From a virus (Duplodnaviria > Caudoviricetes), in the IMG/VR virus record IMGVR_UViG_3300020478_000007, positions 54-64,053 of that record: a stretch of 64,000 bases of DNA, one strand, 5' to 3'. Of the stretch, positions 20,943 to 30,448 are shown piece by piece. Each line of letters starts with the position of its first letter. Within the stretch, counting starts at the first letter, position 1. The notes under the pieces are model-generated. The model did not search any database. It saw only the letters and a program-made list of their open reading frames with translations, and had not been told where the DNA came from. The translations under genes were made by a program, and so were the position numbers.

Positions 20943-21143
20943 ATGGCCGTAGATATGACAATCAGCATCCCTGATGCTCAACTAACAAACTTTGAGAAAT
21001 TTGTTAACCCCGCTGGTGGGAATGATTCCGATGCGGATAAAGAAGCGGCTATCAAAACATGGATTCAAAATTGGGTTAATGAACAACTCTGGATCATGGC
21101 TAGAAACAACGCCGTGGCTGCTGTTGATGATCCCACCGTGTAA
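20943..21143 (+). CDS. Hypothetical protein
   Basis: GGAGG RBS; follows the fibre gene. Confidence 0.65.
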   Translation: MAVDMTISIPDAQLTNFEKFVNPAGGNDSDADKEAAIKTWIQNWVNEQLWIMARNNAVAAVDDPTV

Positions 21144-21152
21144 CCTGTACAT

Positions 21153-21332
21153 ATGGAAGAAACACAAATAGACATACAGGTAGTCATCAATAAACTGACG
21201 AACACTATCGCTCAATTAACAGCCGACCTCGCCGTAAAAGACGCTCTGATAGAAGCCCTCCAAAAGAGTGATGAGGCCCCATCCTTAAGCGTGGTTGGCA
21301 ATGCGGAGGATACAGAAGAAGACGGGGCTTAA
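21153..21332 (+). CDS. Hypothetical 59-aa coiled-coil protein (not in ORF track)
   Basis: MEETQIDIQVVINKLTNTIAQLTADLAVKDALIEAL... Confidence 0.65.
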   Translation: MEETQIDIQVVINKLTNTIAQLTADLAVKDALIEALQKSDEAPSLSVVGNAEDTEEDGA

Positions 21333-21365
21333 TCCGGTTCTCGCCGTTTTAGGCAAGAATAGATT

Positions 21366-21608
21366 ATGTCTTCTTTCTCTTACAGGTTGGGTTGTGCGGT
21401 TCCTTCGTATGACAACGCCCAAGCATTAGCGGAAGGCATACGCCTCTTTGATGAAGATGCTTTCGTGCATATTAAAGAGTCCCAGGACGATGACTTTTGG
21501 GAGATCATCGCTCTCTTCAATCTCGTTAACGGAGGGAAGTTGCAGTTCGCAATAATATCCTTACTGTTTGCCAATTCTGTAAAAGAAATAGGTGGGCGAG
21601 AATTATAA
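21366..21608 (+). CDS. Hypothetical protein
   Basis: ORF fills the gap. Confidence 0.5.
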   Translation: MSSFSYRLGCAVPSYDNAQALAEGIRLFDEDAFVHIKESQDDDFWEIIALFNLVNGGKLQFAIISLLFANSVKEIGGREL

Positions 21609-21610
21609 GG

Positions 21611-21639
21611 TTGCAGTGGACGGAATACGGGTGTATAGT
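21611..21639 (+). promoter_or_regulatory. Sigma70-type promoter
   Basis: TTGCAG-N17-TATAGT upstream of the replication operon. Confidence 0.55.
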
Positions 21640-21676
21640 CGTCCTTGACGAAACAATTATTTAAGGAGTGGAAGAA

Positions 21677-22381
21677 ATGCCACAGATAGCAGAAGACTAT
21701 GTATCTCCATCTGTGCGCTGGGGCTTGCTGAAGCAAGACTACCCAGACGCCGTGGTGGAATTCACACACTCTCTTGGGGTTGACATTGGAATCCCTGAGA
21801 ACTTCGGAGGGAAAGACGAATATTGCGTCGCGCAAATTCTCCTACGCCCAACCGATGAACTACCTATTGTCGGGTATAAACCTGTATCCGATGCTCGGTC
21901 TAATAAGAACGACCATCCAAGTGATGCTTGGAATGTTCTCTGCACTAAAGCCTTGGGGCGTGCAGTTAAGCGAGCAGGGTACGACGACACAGCCAGCAAT
22001 TTGAAAATATTGGTTACCTACCAGCAACGCAAAGCCGAGCATGATGCAATATCAGGTGGGGGAAACCCAACCCCTGATGGTGATTATTTACACCGTGTTC
22101 AGGAGACTTCAAATGTGGTTGCCACTGAATCAGAAGAAGAGCAAGTCATTATCGAAGAAGATGACGAGTGGGATACAACAGAGCATCGCACAGAGGCTCA
22201 TTCTCTACTTAAGAATGCAGTCGCCGCATTGCCTACTGATTTACAAGATGAAGCACGTGCGATACATCAGAAACTCAACGGTCGCCAATGGCCGATAGAA
22301 AGCGTGAGCCAATATAACCATATGGTGAATGCAGTTGATGCTCTCCATGAGAAATGGCAAGAGCAAGAAGAGGAAGAGTGA
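21677..22381 (+). CDS. Putative single-strand annealing protein (Rad52/Sak-like)
   Basis: VRWGLLKQDYPD and CTKALGRAVKRAGY motifs; acidic C-terminal region. Confidence 0.5.
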   Translation: MPQIAEDYVSPSVRWGLLKQDYPDAVVEFTHSLGVDIGIPENFGGKDEYCVAQILLRPTDELPIVGYKPVSDARSNKNDHPSDAWNVLCTKALGRAVKRAGYDDTASNLKILVTYQQRKAEHDAISGGGNPTPDGDYLHRVQETSNVVATESEEEQVIIEEDDEWDTTEHRTEAHSLLKNAVAALPTDLQDEARAIHQKLNGRQWPIESVSQYNHMVNAVDALHEKWQEQEEEE

Positions 22382-22725
22382 GATCTCCGTTTGAGGTTTC
22401 TGTAGCAGGCGTCACATTTCGTTCTGACTACCCATCCAATGTTTGGGCTTTGAGTGCCCAATTAGTGATGGGGCCAGTGCCAGTGACTTTGGTTAGGGAA
22501 CCCGATAACGAGTTTGACAACAACGCAATCAAGGTTGTTGTTCGTGATGAGCAGGTAGGTTACATACCCTCCTCTGTCTCAAAACAATTGGCTAAAGAAA
22601 TAGATAGTGGGGGGAGATGGCATGGGGTTGTTGACCGTGTGCTTATGTCTCCTAACAACCCCGAACAACCAGGAATAAGGATAAAGGTGTTTGAAATTGA
22701 ACAACTTGAAAGACAAAGTTGCTGA
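22378..22725 (+). CDS. HIRAN domain protein
   Basis: VAGVTFR, LVREPDNEFDNNAIKV, VGYIP. Confidence 0.9.
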   Translation: MRSPFEVSVAGVTFRSDYPSNVWALSAQLVMGPVPVTLVREPDNEFDNNAIKVVVRDEQVGYIPSSVSKQLAKEIDSGGRWHGVVDRVLMSPNNPEQPGIRIKVFEIEQLERQSC

Positions 22726-23269
22726 AATAGAAGAGAAGAGATCAGAGTTAAGAGGTCTCATATCGTCGACAATCTCTGAGGCTCAAGATCTAGCCGAAGG
22801 CGGAGAGTTTGAAGACAGCGCTAATGGGCTTGTGGATTTACTTCAAGTCATTGCATGGGCGAAAGCAGATATCAGAGAGTTAGACAATGAGGCTAACCCC
22901 AGTCTTGTAACCGTCATGGATCAAATGGGCACAAGAAAATTCGATAGGGGCTCTTTAGAAATCGAGAGAAAAGTTTCTAATTACAGATCCAATTGGCAAA
23001 ACGACGTGCTGATTCGTTCAGTTGTCAATACCTGTTTAGATGAAATAGAACAACGCACTTATGTGGATCAGGACACAGGAGAAGTTGTAAAAGAGCGATC
23101 AATTGTTGGTCCATGGATGGAAGCAGTCATTGAACGCTTGCTGGAGTGTGCCGCATTTAGAGATTGGAGAGTAACCGCTCTAAGGGCCCATGTCCCAGGT
23201 TTGAATCCTGATGATTTTTGTGACGTGAAAAGGTCGACCAAGGCCGTTCTGTCTAGAAAGAAGGGCTGA
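22691..23269 (+). CDS. Hypothetical protein
   Basis: ORF in replication operon. Confidence 0.7.
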   Translation: MKLNNLKDKVAEIEEKRSELRGLISSTISEAQDLAEGGEFEDSANGLVDLLQVIAWAKADIRELDNEANPSLVTVMDQMGTRKFDRGSLEIERKVSNYRSNWQNDVLIRSVVNTCLDEIEQRTYVDQDTGEVVKERSIVGPWMEAVIERLLECAAFRDWRVTALRAHVPGLNPDDFCDVKRSTKAVLSRKKG

Positions 23270-23451
23270 TGATTCATCGAGTGCACATTCACCAGCAACG
23301 CCTTCGTAAGGGGTTACCTGCTGTGATCCATCGCACATATAAGGGGAGTGAGTACCACATGGAATTCGAAATCCCTAAAGGTGCGAAAGTGATCCAGTCA
23401 GACAAGCCTCTTTCTTGTGGTGCACGTGCGTGGATCGAATGGAGTGACTAA
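23269..23451 (+). CDS. Conserved small phage protein
   Basis: PLSCGARAWIE motif; coupled on both sides. Confidence 0.7.
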   Translation: MIHRVHIHQQRLRKGLPAVIHRTYKGSEYHMEFEIPKGAKVIQSDKPLSCGARAWIEWSD

Positions 23452-24215
23452 TGGCTATTGAATGCATGGTGTGGGTTTTAGATTTAACAGGGGACATAAA
23501 TACCAATGAGAAGTTTGTCTTGTTGGGGATTGCGAATCATTCGAGTCCTGATGGGACTGGTTCATGGCCTTCAGTAGACACGTTATGCCGCTACACGAGG
23601 CTCTCACGTTCGACAGTACAAAGGTGCATAAAGAGTCTTGTTGAAAAGGGTTATTTAAGTAAAGAAGAAGGCGGTGGGCGACGTTCAAATCGGTACACAT
23701 TGCTTATGGAAAAGGAATTAGCAGAGGTTGTTGAACTAACCCTGGTCACAGAGGACCTGCCTCAGAGTGACACCCCTGATGGTGCAGAGGGACACCCCTC
23801 CAGCCTCCCAGTGCTACCCCAGCAGTCTCAAGCCTTGACACAGGAACCGTCATATAACCGTAATAGAAACGAAATAGAAACACGCGACAAAAAACGCAAA
23901 CAAGATCTCGTATGGGATTCCATTATGGAGGCTTGTGGTGTTAACAGCACCAAACTCAATTCCAATGAGCGAGGACGCTATAACAAAGCAGTCAAACTTC
24001 TAAAAGAGTCGGGCGCTACGCCAGCCGAAATTCACGCGAGGGTTCAAGTCTATAGACGTAAATTCAAAGGGGCGGCTTGCACGCCGATCGCTGTTGCCAA
24101 TCATTGGTCAGAGTTAGATCCGAACACTGTTCCCCTTGAAGAAGTTCATTCAGTGCCTAAAGGTTTTGATGCCATTAGGCAAGCGAGGGAGGAAAGAGGC
24201 GATGGTCCAAATTAA
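23451..24215 (+). CDS. Replication initiator, N-terminal wHTH (HTH_36-like)
   Basis: EKFVLLGIANH, SWPSVDTL, LSRSTVQRCIKSLVEKGYL, SNRYTL. Confidence 0.85.
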   Translation: MAIECMVWVLDLTGDINTNEKFVLLGIANHSSPDGTGSWPSVDTLCRYTRLSRSTVQRCIKSLVEKGYLSKEEGGGRRSNRYTLLMEKELAEVVELTLVTEDLPQSDTPDGAEGHPSSLPVLPQQSQALTQEPSYNRNRNEIETRDKKRKQDLVWDSIMEACGVNSTKLNSNERGRYNKAVKLLKESGATPAEIHARVQVYRRKFKGAACTPIAVANHWSELDPNTVPLEEVHSVPKGFDAIRQAREERGDGPN

Positions 24216-24329
24216 AGACTGGAGCCATGACCAGCCCACTCGTGGGGAGTTGGAGAAGATCAGGGGGAAAGATTTGAAACCAGTTAAGACAAAAGCAAAG
24301 TGGGCTTTTCTGAAGAAGGCGCAAGGTCA

Positions 24330-24674
24330 ATGACTCCTGATCAAGCGGATTATGTGTTGGCTCAGATGTCTGTCTGTTGGCCAGGTAAACCTTTGAGTGT
24401 GCCAGAGGTTAAGTTTTGGGTTTCCAAATTGGAGGCTTACGAATTTGATGATGCTCATACTGCATTAACGAAGATCGCCGATCGGGCAAAGTTCTGGCCT
24501 TCTTGGGCAGAGTTCAAAGAGTTTGTTGATATCGAAAAAAGAAACAATATGCCAGCCTTAACGAGGGCTCCAGAAGCGCCGCCTTTGTCAGATGAGGAGT
24601 TCAAGCAGCGCATACAGGAATGTCGAGACGCTCTAAATGAAAAAAGGGCAGGGGAGAAAGTGGAAGAGGTATAG
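24330..24674 (+). CDS. Putative helicase loader/inhibitor (G39P-like)
   Basis: MTPDQA...WVSKL...KFWPSWAEF pattern after the initiator. Confidence 0.6.
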   Translation: MTPDQADYVLAQMSVCWPGKPLSVPEVKFWVSKLEAYEFDDAHTALTKIADRAKFWPSWAEFKEFVDIEKRNNMPALTRAPEAPPLSDEEFKQRIQECRDALNEKRAGEKVEEV

Positions 24675-24683
24675 GATGGGTAT

Positions 24684-25061
24684 GTGCCTAATAGAACGTG
24701 GACTCTCAGCATCTCAGGGAAACTATTTACTCTCAACACCGAGAGAGGTTGGCATCACCACAAACGAGCAAAGTTTGTCAAGGAGTGGAGACAAGCGGCA
24801 TATGAAGAAGCAATTAAAGCAAAGGTTCCAAAGATGAGATCGCTAGAGGTTATCTTTGTCCCGTGTCGTAAGGACCGACGACACATGGCGGACACGGGTG
24901 GCCATTTTCCTGTAGCCAAGGCGTGCATAGACGGGTTGGTAGATGCAGGGGTAATACCAGATGACGGTCCAGAGTTCGTAACGTCGTTAACTTTTAAGGC
25001 GCCGCAAGTAGATGGTGGTGTTGATAGAGCCTTATTAGTTATCAACGAAACGGGGAAGTGA
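24684..25061 (+). CDS. rusA: RusA-like Holliday junction resolvase
   Basis: AKACIDGLVDAGVIPDD. Confidence 0.8.
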   Translation: MPNRTWTLSISGKLFTLNTERGWHHHKRAKFVKEWRQAAYEEAIKAKVPKMRSLEVIFVPCRKDRRHMADTGGHFPVAKACIDGLVDAGVIPDDGPEFVTSLTFKAPQVDGGVDRALLVINETGK

Positions 25062-25064
25062 GAG

Positions 25065-25352
25065 ATGGCAGAAGTGCAACAGTTATTGAGCCAAGCATTG
25101 GCTACGGAGGATCCGTTAGAAAGAGCGCGCATTCTTAATGAGGACGTTCTCCCGGCGGTGACAGAATTAAGGCAAACGATTATTAAGCAAAGAGCATTGT
25201 CAGTTAAAGAGGCATGCGACTTTGGGGCTGGGGGAGACGGGCTTACCTATTCTCAAGTGGCAAACGAGTTGGGTGTTTCGAAACCGCTGATACAGCAAAT
25301 GGTTGCTTTGGCAAGAGAGATCCACAGCATGAGGGTGGCTAAGAATAATTGA
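25065..25352 (+). CDS. HTH DNA-binding protein
   Basis: GLTYSQVANELGVSKPLIQQM. Confidence 0.8.
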   Translation: MAEVQQLLSQALATEDPLERARILNEDVLPAVTELRQTIIKQRALSVKEACDFGAGGDGLTYSQVANELGVSKPLIQQMVALAREIHSMRVAKNN

Positions 25353-25488
25353 TAGAAACATATGATCGGTTAATGGTCGGTGGGGTGAGTGGTCTTATTG
25401 GATTAGAGCACCTTGGGTTTTTCAGTCTCTTTCTGATTTCTTGTGTGTGTATGGTTTTTTATAAGAACATGATAAAAAAAAGATGAGG

Positions 25489-25516
25489 TTGTCATAACGT
25501 CAAGTGGGGGTATACT
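25489..25516 (+). promoter_or_regulatory. Promoter with internal GTCAA
   Basis: TTGTCA-taacGTCAAgtggggg-TATACT. Confidence 0.6.
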
Positions 25517-25522
25517 GAAATC

Positions 25523-25711
25523 ATGTTAAGAAATCTTCCATTGATGAATGACAAACAAGTTCCGAAAGGTGGGGACATCAGGCGCCTCGGCAGTGGCCGC
25601 GATTATGTGGTCAATGCCGAGGGCCTTGTTGTTGGACGCTACGACCCTTGGATGGAATACATCGGGATGGAAATTCACATAGAGCCCCGAGATCCGAGGG
25701 ACTACCTATAA
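25523..25711 (+). CDS. Hypothetical protein
   Basis: ORF after promoter; start uncertain. Confidence 0.5.
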   Translation: MLRNLPLMNDKQVPKGGDIRRLGSGRDYVVNAEGLVVGRYDPWMEYIGMEIHIEPRDPRDYL

Positions 25712-25726
25712 AGAAAGAAGCAAGCC

Positions 25727-26170
25727 ATGAAGACAGTTACGCAAGTAGAGATATACCACGAAGCATTTAAAGATTACGGCCCTGCATACGAGACCCTGGT
25801 TGAAGTATTTGGTGATCCAACAAGGGACGGCCCTGCATACACATACTTATTGGAGGACCTCCCTGAGTCATATCGCTGGCTTGAGGAACACGAACCACAC
25901 AGTGGTTGTTTCCGTGTGAACAATGCGGTGGATGGAACTGGCGGTTGGGAAGGCGGTTGGGAATATCCAATGGTCTTTAAGACTCGTTCGCTCTCTGTTG
26001 GAGATGTGGTTGTAGTGAAGATATATAAGGCAGAAGATCTCCTTGGGTTCGACCCAGGTGAAGGTGAACATCTATTTGATGGGTATCCATTGCGATCCGT
26101 TGCATGGAGATGTTGCCCAATAGGTTGGGAAACTATTGATCATAATGTTCGTGTGGTAGTTGATTTCTAG
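25727..26170 (+). CDS. YodL-like domain protein
   Basis: RSLSVGDVVVV...AWRCCPIGWE. Confidence 0.65.
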   Translation: MKTVTQVEIYHEAFKDYGPAYETLVEVFGDPTRDGPAYTYLLEDLPESYRWLEEHEPHSGCFRVNNAVDGTGGWEGGWEYPMVFKTRSLSVGDVVVVKIYKAEDLLGFDPGEGEHLFDGYPLRSVAWRCCPIGWETIDHNVRVVVDF

Positions 26171-26214
26171 TCAACTGGCTGTAGAATACTAATATACGGA
26201 TTAAGGAAAGACCT

Positions 26215-28440
26215 ATGAGCACAAAGACTTACTCAGAACAAGAAACCAAAGAAGCCATCCACGCAGCAGTCGCATCTATTGCGGCACGCTGTGACGGAGC
26301 CAACACTGAAGATGGAATCGGCTTCAACGGTTCAGACACAAAGTTCGGCAGGCGAGCGGCAATGCTACCTCCCGAAGACTGGACTGATGGCATCACTTGG
26401 GCGGCATACAAGATGCTCGTTAAGTATCAAGGCCAGTTGGAATCTTATGGGCACCCCTACGAAAACTTGCCAACACCTGTAGAGGTTGCTGACGACGGAC
26501 GTGACGAAGCACGGCAAAAAGCACGTGAAGCCGAAGCCCTTCTTTCACGGGTCATCACATGGAACAATGATCACTACGAAGTTCGGTTCACTTATGATGC
26601 ACAACTAGTTTCAGCAGTCCGCAAATTCAGTGGGGCTAAATGGAACGCAGAAGACAAGTTCTGGAGTTTCGATGAAGCAGCGGCAAAGCAACTAGAAGAC
26701 TTCGCTGCTCGATATGGGTTCACCACAGAATGCACATTCAAGACCAACGGCCCAGTTGAAGAAGTAATCGAGGAGGGAGCCACAAAGCGTGTCCTCTTCC
26801 GTGAAGGCAACACTTTGGTCTTTGACTTTGAATTCGATGAGTACCTACTGCAAGCGGTAAAGCAAATCAGGGGACGCAAATGGGATTCGAAACGCAAAGT
26901 ATGGATCGCCCCACAAACATCTTTGGAGGAAGCAGTTGATCTTGCTTACGCATGGGATTTCACTTTCAACGAAGACATGATTCGCGAAATCGACGCTGTT
27001 GTAGATGACGGTTATCGCCGAGAAGATCTTTCGTCTGCTCAGGAAGCAGTTTTGGAAATCCCAGGGTTAGCGACAGAGCACCCTGAAAGTGGGGCATCTC
27101 TTGAATTACGCCCATTCCAAAAAGCAGGTGTCGCTTACGCAGTAGACACGAAGCGATGCTTTATCGCCGATGAGATGGGTCTTGGTAAAACAGTTCAAGC
27201 ATTAGCGGCGGTTCAACATCAGAAGGCGTATCCCTCATTAGTTGTTTGCCCTGCTTCCCTGAAGACAAACTGGCAACGTGAAGTGCGGACATGGCTCCCA
27301 GGTAAGACAACCCACATTGTCGATAATCAAATCGGAGTCAAGAATGCTGATGTTGTCATTATCAATTACGACATTTTGAACAAGCAAAAAGATGCTTTAG
27401 CCAAAGTCGGTTTCCAGTCTCTAGTTTTCGATGAGAGCCACTATGCAAAAAACGGAAACGCACAGCGCACTAAGGCACTCAAGTCTTTAGCAGCCACGAT
27501 CCCTGAGTCAGGAATGGTGTTGGCTTTGACTGGAACCCCAGTCTTGAACAGACCAATTGAACTTGTCTCACAGTTAGAGATAATCGATCGCATAGAAGAA
27601 TTCGGTGGCTCATGGAGTTTCCGTAAGCGCTACTGCGATGCCAATTACAACGGTTATGGATGGGACTTTAACGGTTGCTCAAATGCAGAGGAACTAAACG
27701 AGTTGCTGCGTAGGACTTGTTATGTTCGACGCAACAAAGAAGACGTTCTTAAAGAACTCCCTGAAAAGGGTCGGTATCGTATCGAAACTGAATTGTCAGG
27801 TCAGTCTTTGAAGAACTATCGCACAGCGGAAGCAGACATGCTTGCGTGGCTACAGAGCGAGGGTAAGGGGAGCACATCCGCAGAGCACCTCTCTCGGATC
27901 ACCGTGCTTAAGCGTTTGGCAGGCGAAGGCAAATTAGAAGCGGCTACGGAATGGATTGAAACATTCCTTGATAGTACTGGTCGCAAATTAGTTGTTTTCG
28001 CTCACCACATTTCAGTGGTTGATGCCCTCGCTGAAAGATTCGGTGGTCTGAGGGTGGCAGGAAAGGACTCTGCGGAAGCACGTCAGGCGGCGGTTGATAA
28101 GTTTCAAAACGATCCTGATGCCAAGGTCATCGTGTTAAACATGAAGGCAGGTGGCGTCGGGCTCACACTTACAGCCGCCTCTGATGTGCTGTTCGTTGAA
28201 CAAGGTTGGACACCAGCAGAACACAGTCAGGCAGAAGACAGGTGCCACCGTATTGGTCAAGACGCAGACAATGTCTCAGCGTGGTATCTCCTAGCCGAGA
28301 AGACAATCGATGACGATATTTACGATCTCATTGAAAAGAAAAGAATCACTGTTGATGCAGTGACAGAGGGTGAAGACGATTCGCAGGACAGTGTCTTAAA
28401 AGACCTTGTTAAAACATTGATAGAGAGAACAAATGTCTGA
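26215..28440 (+). CDS. SNF2-family helicase, SMARCAL1/HARP-like
   Basis: IADEMGLGKT, FDESH, LTGTP, AGGVGLTL, QAEDRCHRIGQ; two HARP-like repeats. Confidence 0.92.
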   Translation: MSTKTYSEQETKEAIHAAVASIAARCDGANTEDGIGFNGSDTKFGRRAAMLPPEDWTDGITWAAYKMLVKYQGQLESYGHPYENLPTPVEVADDGRDEARQKAREAEALLSRVITWNNDHYEVRFTYDAQLVSAVRKFSGAKWNAEDKFWSFDEAAAKQLEDFAARYGFTTECTFKTNGPVEEVIEEGATKRVLFREGNTLVFDFEFDEYLLQAVKQIRGRKWDSKRKVWIAPQTSLEEAVDLAYAWDFTFNEDMIREIDAVVDDGYRREDLSSAQEAVLEIPGLATEHPESGASLELRPFQKAGVAYAVDTKRCFIADEMGLGKTVQALAAVQHQKAYPSLVVCPASLKTNWQREVRTWLPGKTTHIVDNQIGVKNADVVIINYDILNKQKDALAKVGFQSLVFDESHYAKNGNAQRTKALKSLAATIPESGMVLALTGTPVLNRPIELVSQLEIIDRIEEFGGSWSFRKRYCDANYNGYGWDFNGCSNAEELNELLRRTCYVRRNKEDVLKELPEKGRYRIETELSGQSLKNYRTAEADMLAWLQSEGKGSTSAEHLSRITVLKRLAGEGKLEAATEWIETFLDSTGRKLVVFAHHISVVDALAERFGGLRVAGKDSAEARQAAVDKFQNDPDAKVIVLNMKAGGVGLTLTAASDVLFVEQGWTPAEHSQAEDRCHRIGQDADNVSAWYLLAEKTIDDDIYDLIEKKRITVDAVTEGEDDSQDSVLKDLVKTLIERTNV

Positions 28441-28870
28441 TGTAGTTAGAGGTTTCAAAAGTTGGACTAAGGAGAGTAGTGAATTCTCTACTGTTTATCC
28501 CTGGGCTGATTGGTTTGATGGTCAGCAACATCGGATAAGTAAAGAAGATCTTTCTGATATGCCATTCGATGATTTAGCCAGGTATGCCCATGCGAAAGCA
28601 CGGCGCGAAGGTATCTCGGTAAAGACAAAACGTATCGAGAGAGATCGTAGAACAGGTAAATATAAGTACTTAATTCTTGAAGCGACTTGCCCACTTTGCA
28701 AAGCAATACATAGTGATTTGGCAATAAGCGACAAAGCAAATAAGGGGGAGGATTGTTTTTTAAATGGGTTCTCTCCCCGTTACGAGGACGAAGATTTCGT
28801 TGCTCAAAGAAAAGAATATTTAGCAAGAGCAATTACCGGCTTTGGCTATAAACTAGTGGTTGACCACTGA
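28433..28870 (+). CDS. Hypothetical protein
   Basis: YPWADWFDG motif, CxxC. Confidence 0.65.
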   Translation: MSDVVRGFKSWTKESSEFSTVYPWADWFDGQQHRISKEDLSDMPFDDLARYAHAKARREGISVKTKRIERDRRTGKYKYLILEATCPLCKAIHSDLAISDKANKGEDCFLNGFSPRYEDEDFVAQRKEYLARAITGFGYKLVVDH

Positions 28871-28883
28871 GAGAGGAAATAAA

Positions 28884-29135
28884 ATGCCCAGAAGGCGAAC
28901 ACCTGCACAAGATGCAGTAATACAAAGAGTTCTTGACTCTGACAAACTAATGAAGGAAGCACACAAGACATACAAGGAAGCACAAGATGCTCACCTGTCT
29001 GCATTGCGTGAAGCACGTAATGAAGGCGAGACGCTAGAAAATCTCGCTGATGCTTTGAACGTGTCGAAACAGTGGATCCACAAGTGGACTACTTTCGGTC
29101 ATGAGCACAACAAAGTTGGTCGTATAACAGTATGA
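28884..29135 (+). CDS. HTH DNA-binding protein
   Basis: GETLENLADALNVSKQWIHKW. Confidence 0.8.
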   Translation: MPRRRTPAQDAVIQRVLDSDKLMKEAHKTYKEAQDAHLSALREARNEGETLENLADALNVSKQWIHKWTTFGHEHNKVGRITV

Positions 29136-30448
29136 CCAACATTGCCGTAGATCTTCAGGATTCGGCAATCCCAATTGATGAAATCCAATCTCATCCGAAT
29201 AACCCTCGGAAGGGAGACATCCAAGGCATCGCAGATAGCCTTAGGGTGAACGGGCAGTACTCACCTATTGTTGTTGATTCTCGCAATGGAAACATCCTTG
29301 CAGGGAACCACACATGGAGGGCCGCTAAATCACTCGGTTGGGAAAAGATCGCCGTGGTTCATGTGGACGTCGATGATCAGCAGGCTAAACGCATCTTGTT
29401 GTCTGACAACAGGACTTCTGATCTCGCTACATATGACAGACCGAACTTGATTGCCTTAATAGAAACATTGCGACCAGATCTTGATGGTTCTGGTTGGGAT
29501 GTTCGTTCATTGGAAAAGTTGCACCAACTCGAAGATGAAGACGGCGACATTTTCGGAGGCGGGGATACTGACACTGGGAGTGGCACCACAACAACGTCAA
29601 CAAAGAAAATCCATGTCGGTAAAAATCTTTTACTGGTAAACGGATCGTATTTTGATGAATGGCTTGAATCACTGGGGGAAACAAAAGAAGCCCTCTTGAA
29701 GATAAGAGCCATGTTGGGTTTAACGGATGACCCGGCACCTAAGCCTGTTAAGGGCGGTAAGAAATGGGAGCACATATCAGGGGAGACTCCGGTTCACTCT
29801 GGTTTGGATTCCTGCATCTGGGTGCCTGTTGATGCGATTGAACCGCATCCAGAAAACGCTCGTCAGGGTGATATCGGAGTGATATCAGAATCGCTGAGGG
29901 TTAATGGGGTTTACAGGCCACTTATTGTTCAGGAGTCAAGCAATTTGATTCTTAAAGGGAACAACACGTGGCAAGCGATCAAATCACTCGGGTGGGATAC
30001 ATGCCCTGTTGTGTTTTTGGATGTTGATGATGAGGAAGCCCGACGAGTCATGCTGGCAGATAATCGGCTTGCAGACAAAGCGGGTTACTACAACGCCGTT
30101 CTAGCAGAGGTTCTTTTAGATCTTGATAGTTTAGATGGCACAGGGTTTACCCCAACAGACATAGATGATGTCTTAAAAGACTTACCGCAAGAGCGTGACC
30201 CCTCAGCAGTGATTGGCGCTCCAGGTGATGTGAAGAGAGTCGCCACAGTAAAGATAGGACCGTTGAGGGTTTCGACCTGTGGCAAGCAATACGCCGACTG
30301 GGAACAAGGTCTTATCGCAGACGGTTATATGACTAAAGAAGAAAGAGGGTTACGGATCGGTGAGTTACTTCAACTTGAATCATCACAGTTTGAGGTTTGG
30401 GCGTCGGTCGCTGACCCAACGACAGGAAACAAGGAGTTCGGTGGATGA
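29132..30448 (+). CDS. Tandem ParB/Srx-domain protein
   Basis: Two repeats: HPNNPRKGD..ILAGNHT..LSDNR and HPENARQGD..ILKGNNT..LADNR. Confidence 0.9.
   Translation: MTNIAVDLQDSAIPIDEIQSHPNNPRKGDIQGIADSLRVNGQYSPIVVDSRNGNILAGNHTWRAAKSLGWEKIAVVHVDVDDQQAKRILLSDNRTSDLATYDRPNLIALIETLRPDLDGSGWDVRSLEKLHQLEDEDGDIFGGGDTDTGSGTTTTSTKKIHVGKNLLLVNGSYFDEWLESLGETKEALLKIRAMLGLTDDPAPKPVKGGKKWEHISGETPVHSGLDSCIWVPVDAIEPHPENARQGDIGVISESLRVNGVYRPLIVQESSNLILKGNNTWQAIKSLGWDTCPVVFLDVDDEEARRVMLADNRLADKAGYYNAVLAEVLLDLDSLDGTGFTPTDIDDVLKDLPQERDPSAVIGAPGDVKRVATVKIGPLRVSTCGKQYADWEQGLIADGYMTKEERGLRIGELLQLESSQFEVWASVADPTTGNKEFGG

Noticed and set aside
25352-25370. Additional LexA box (GAAACATATGATCG)
   Set aside because: Mismatches in both half-sites.
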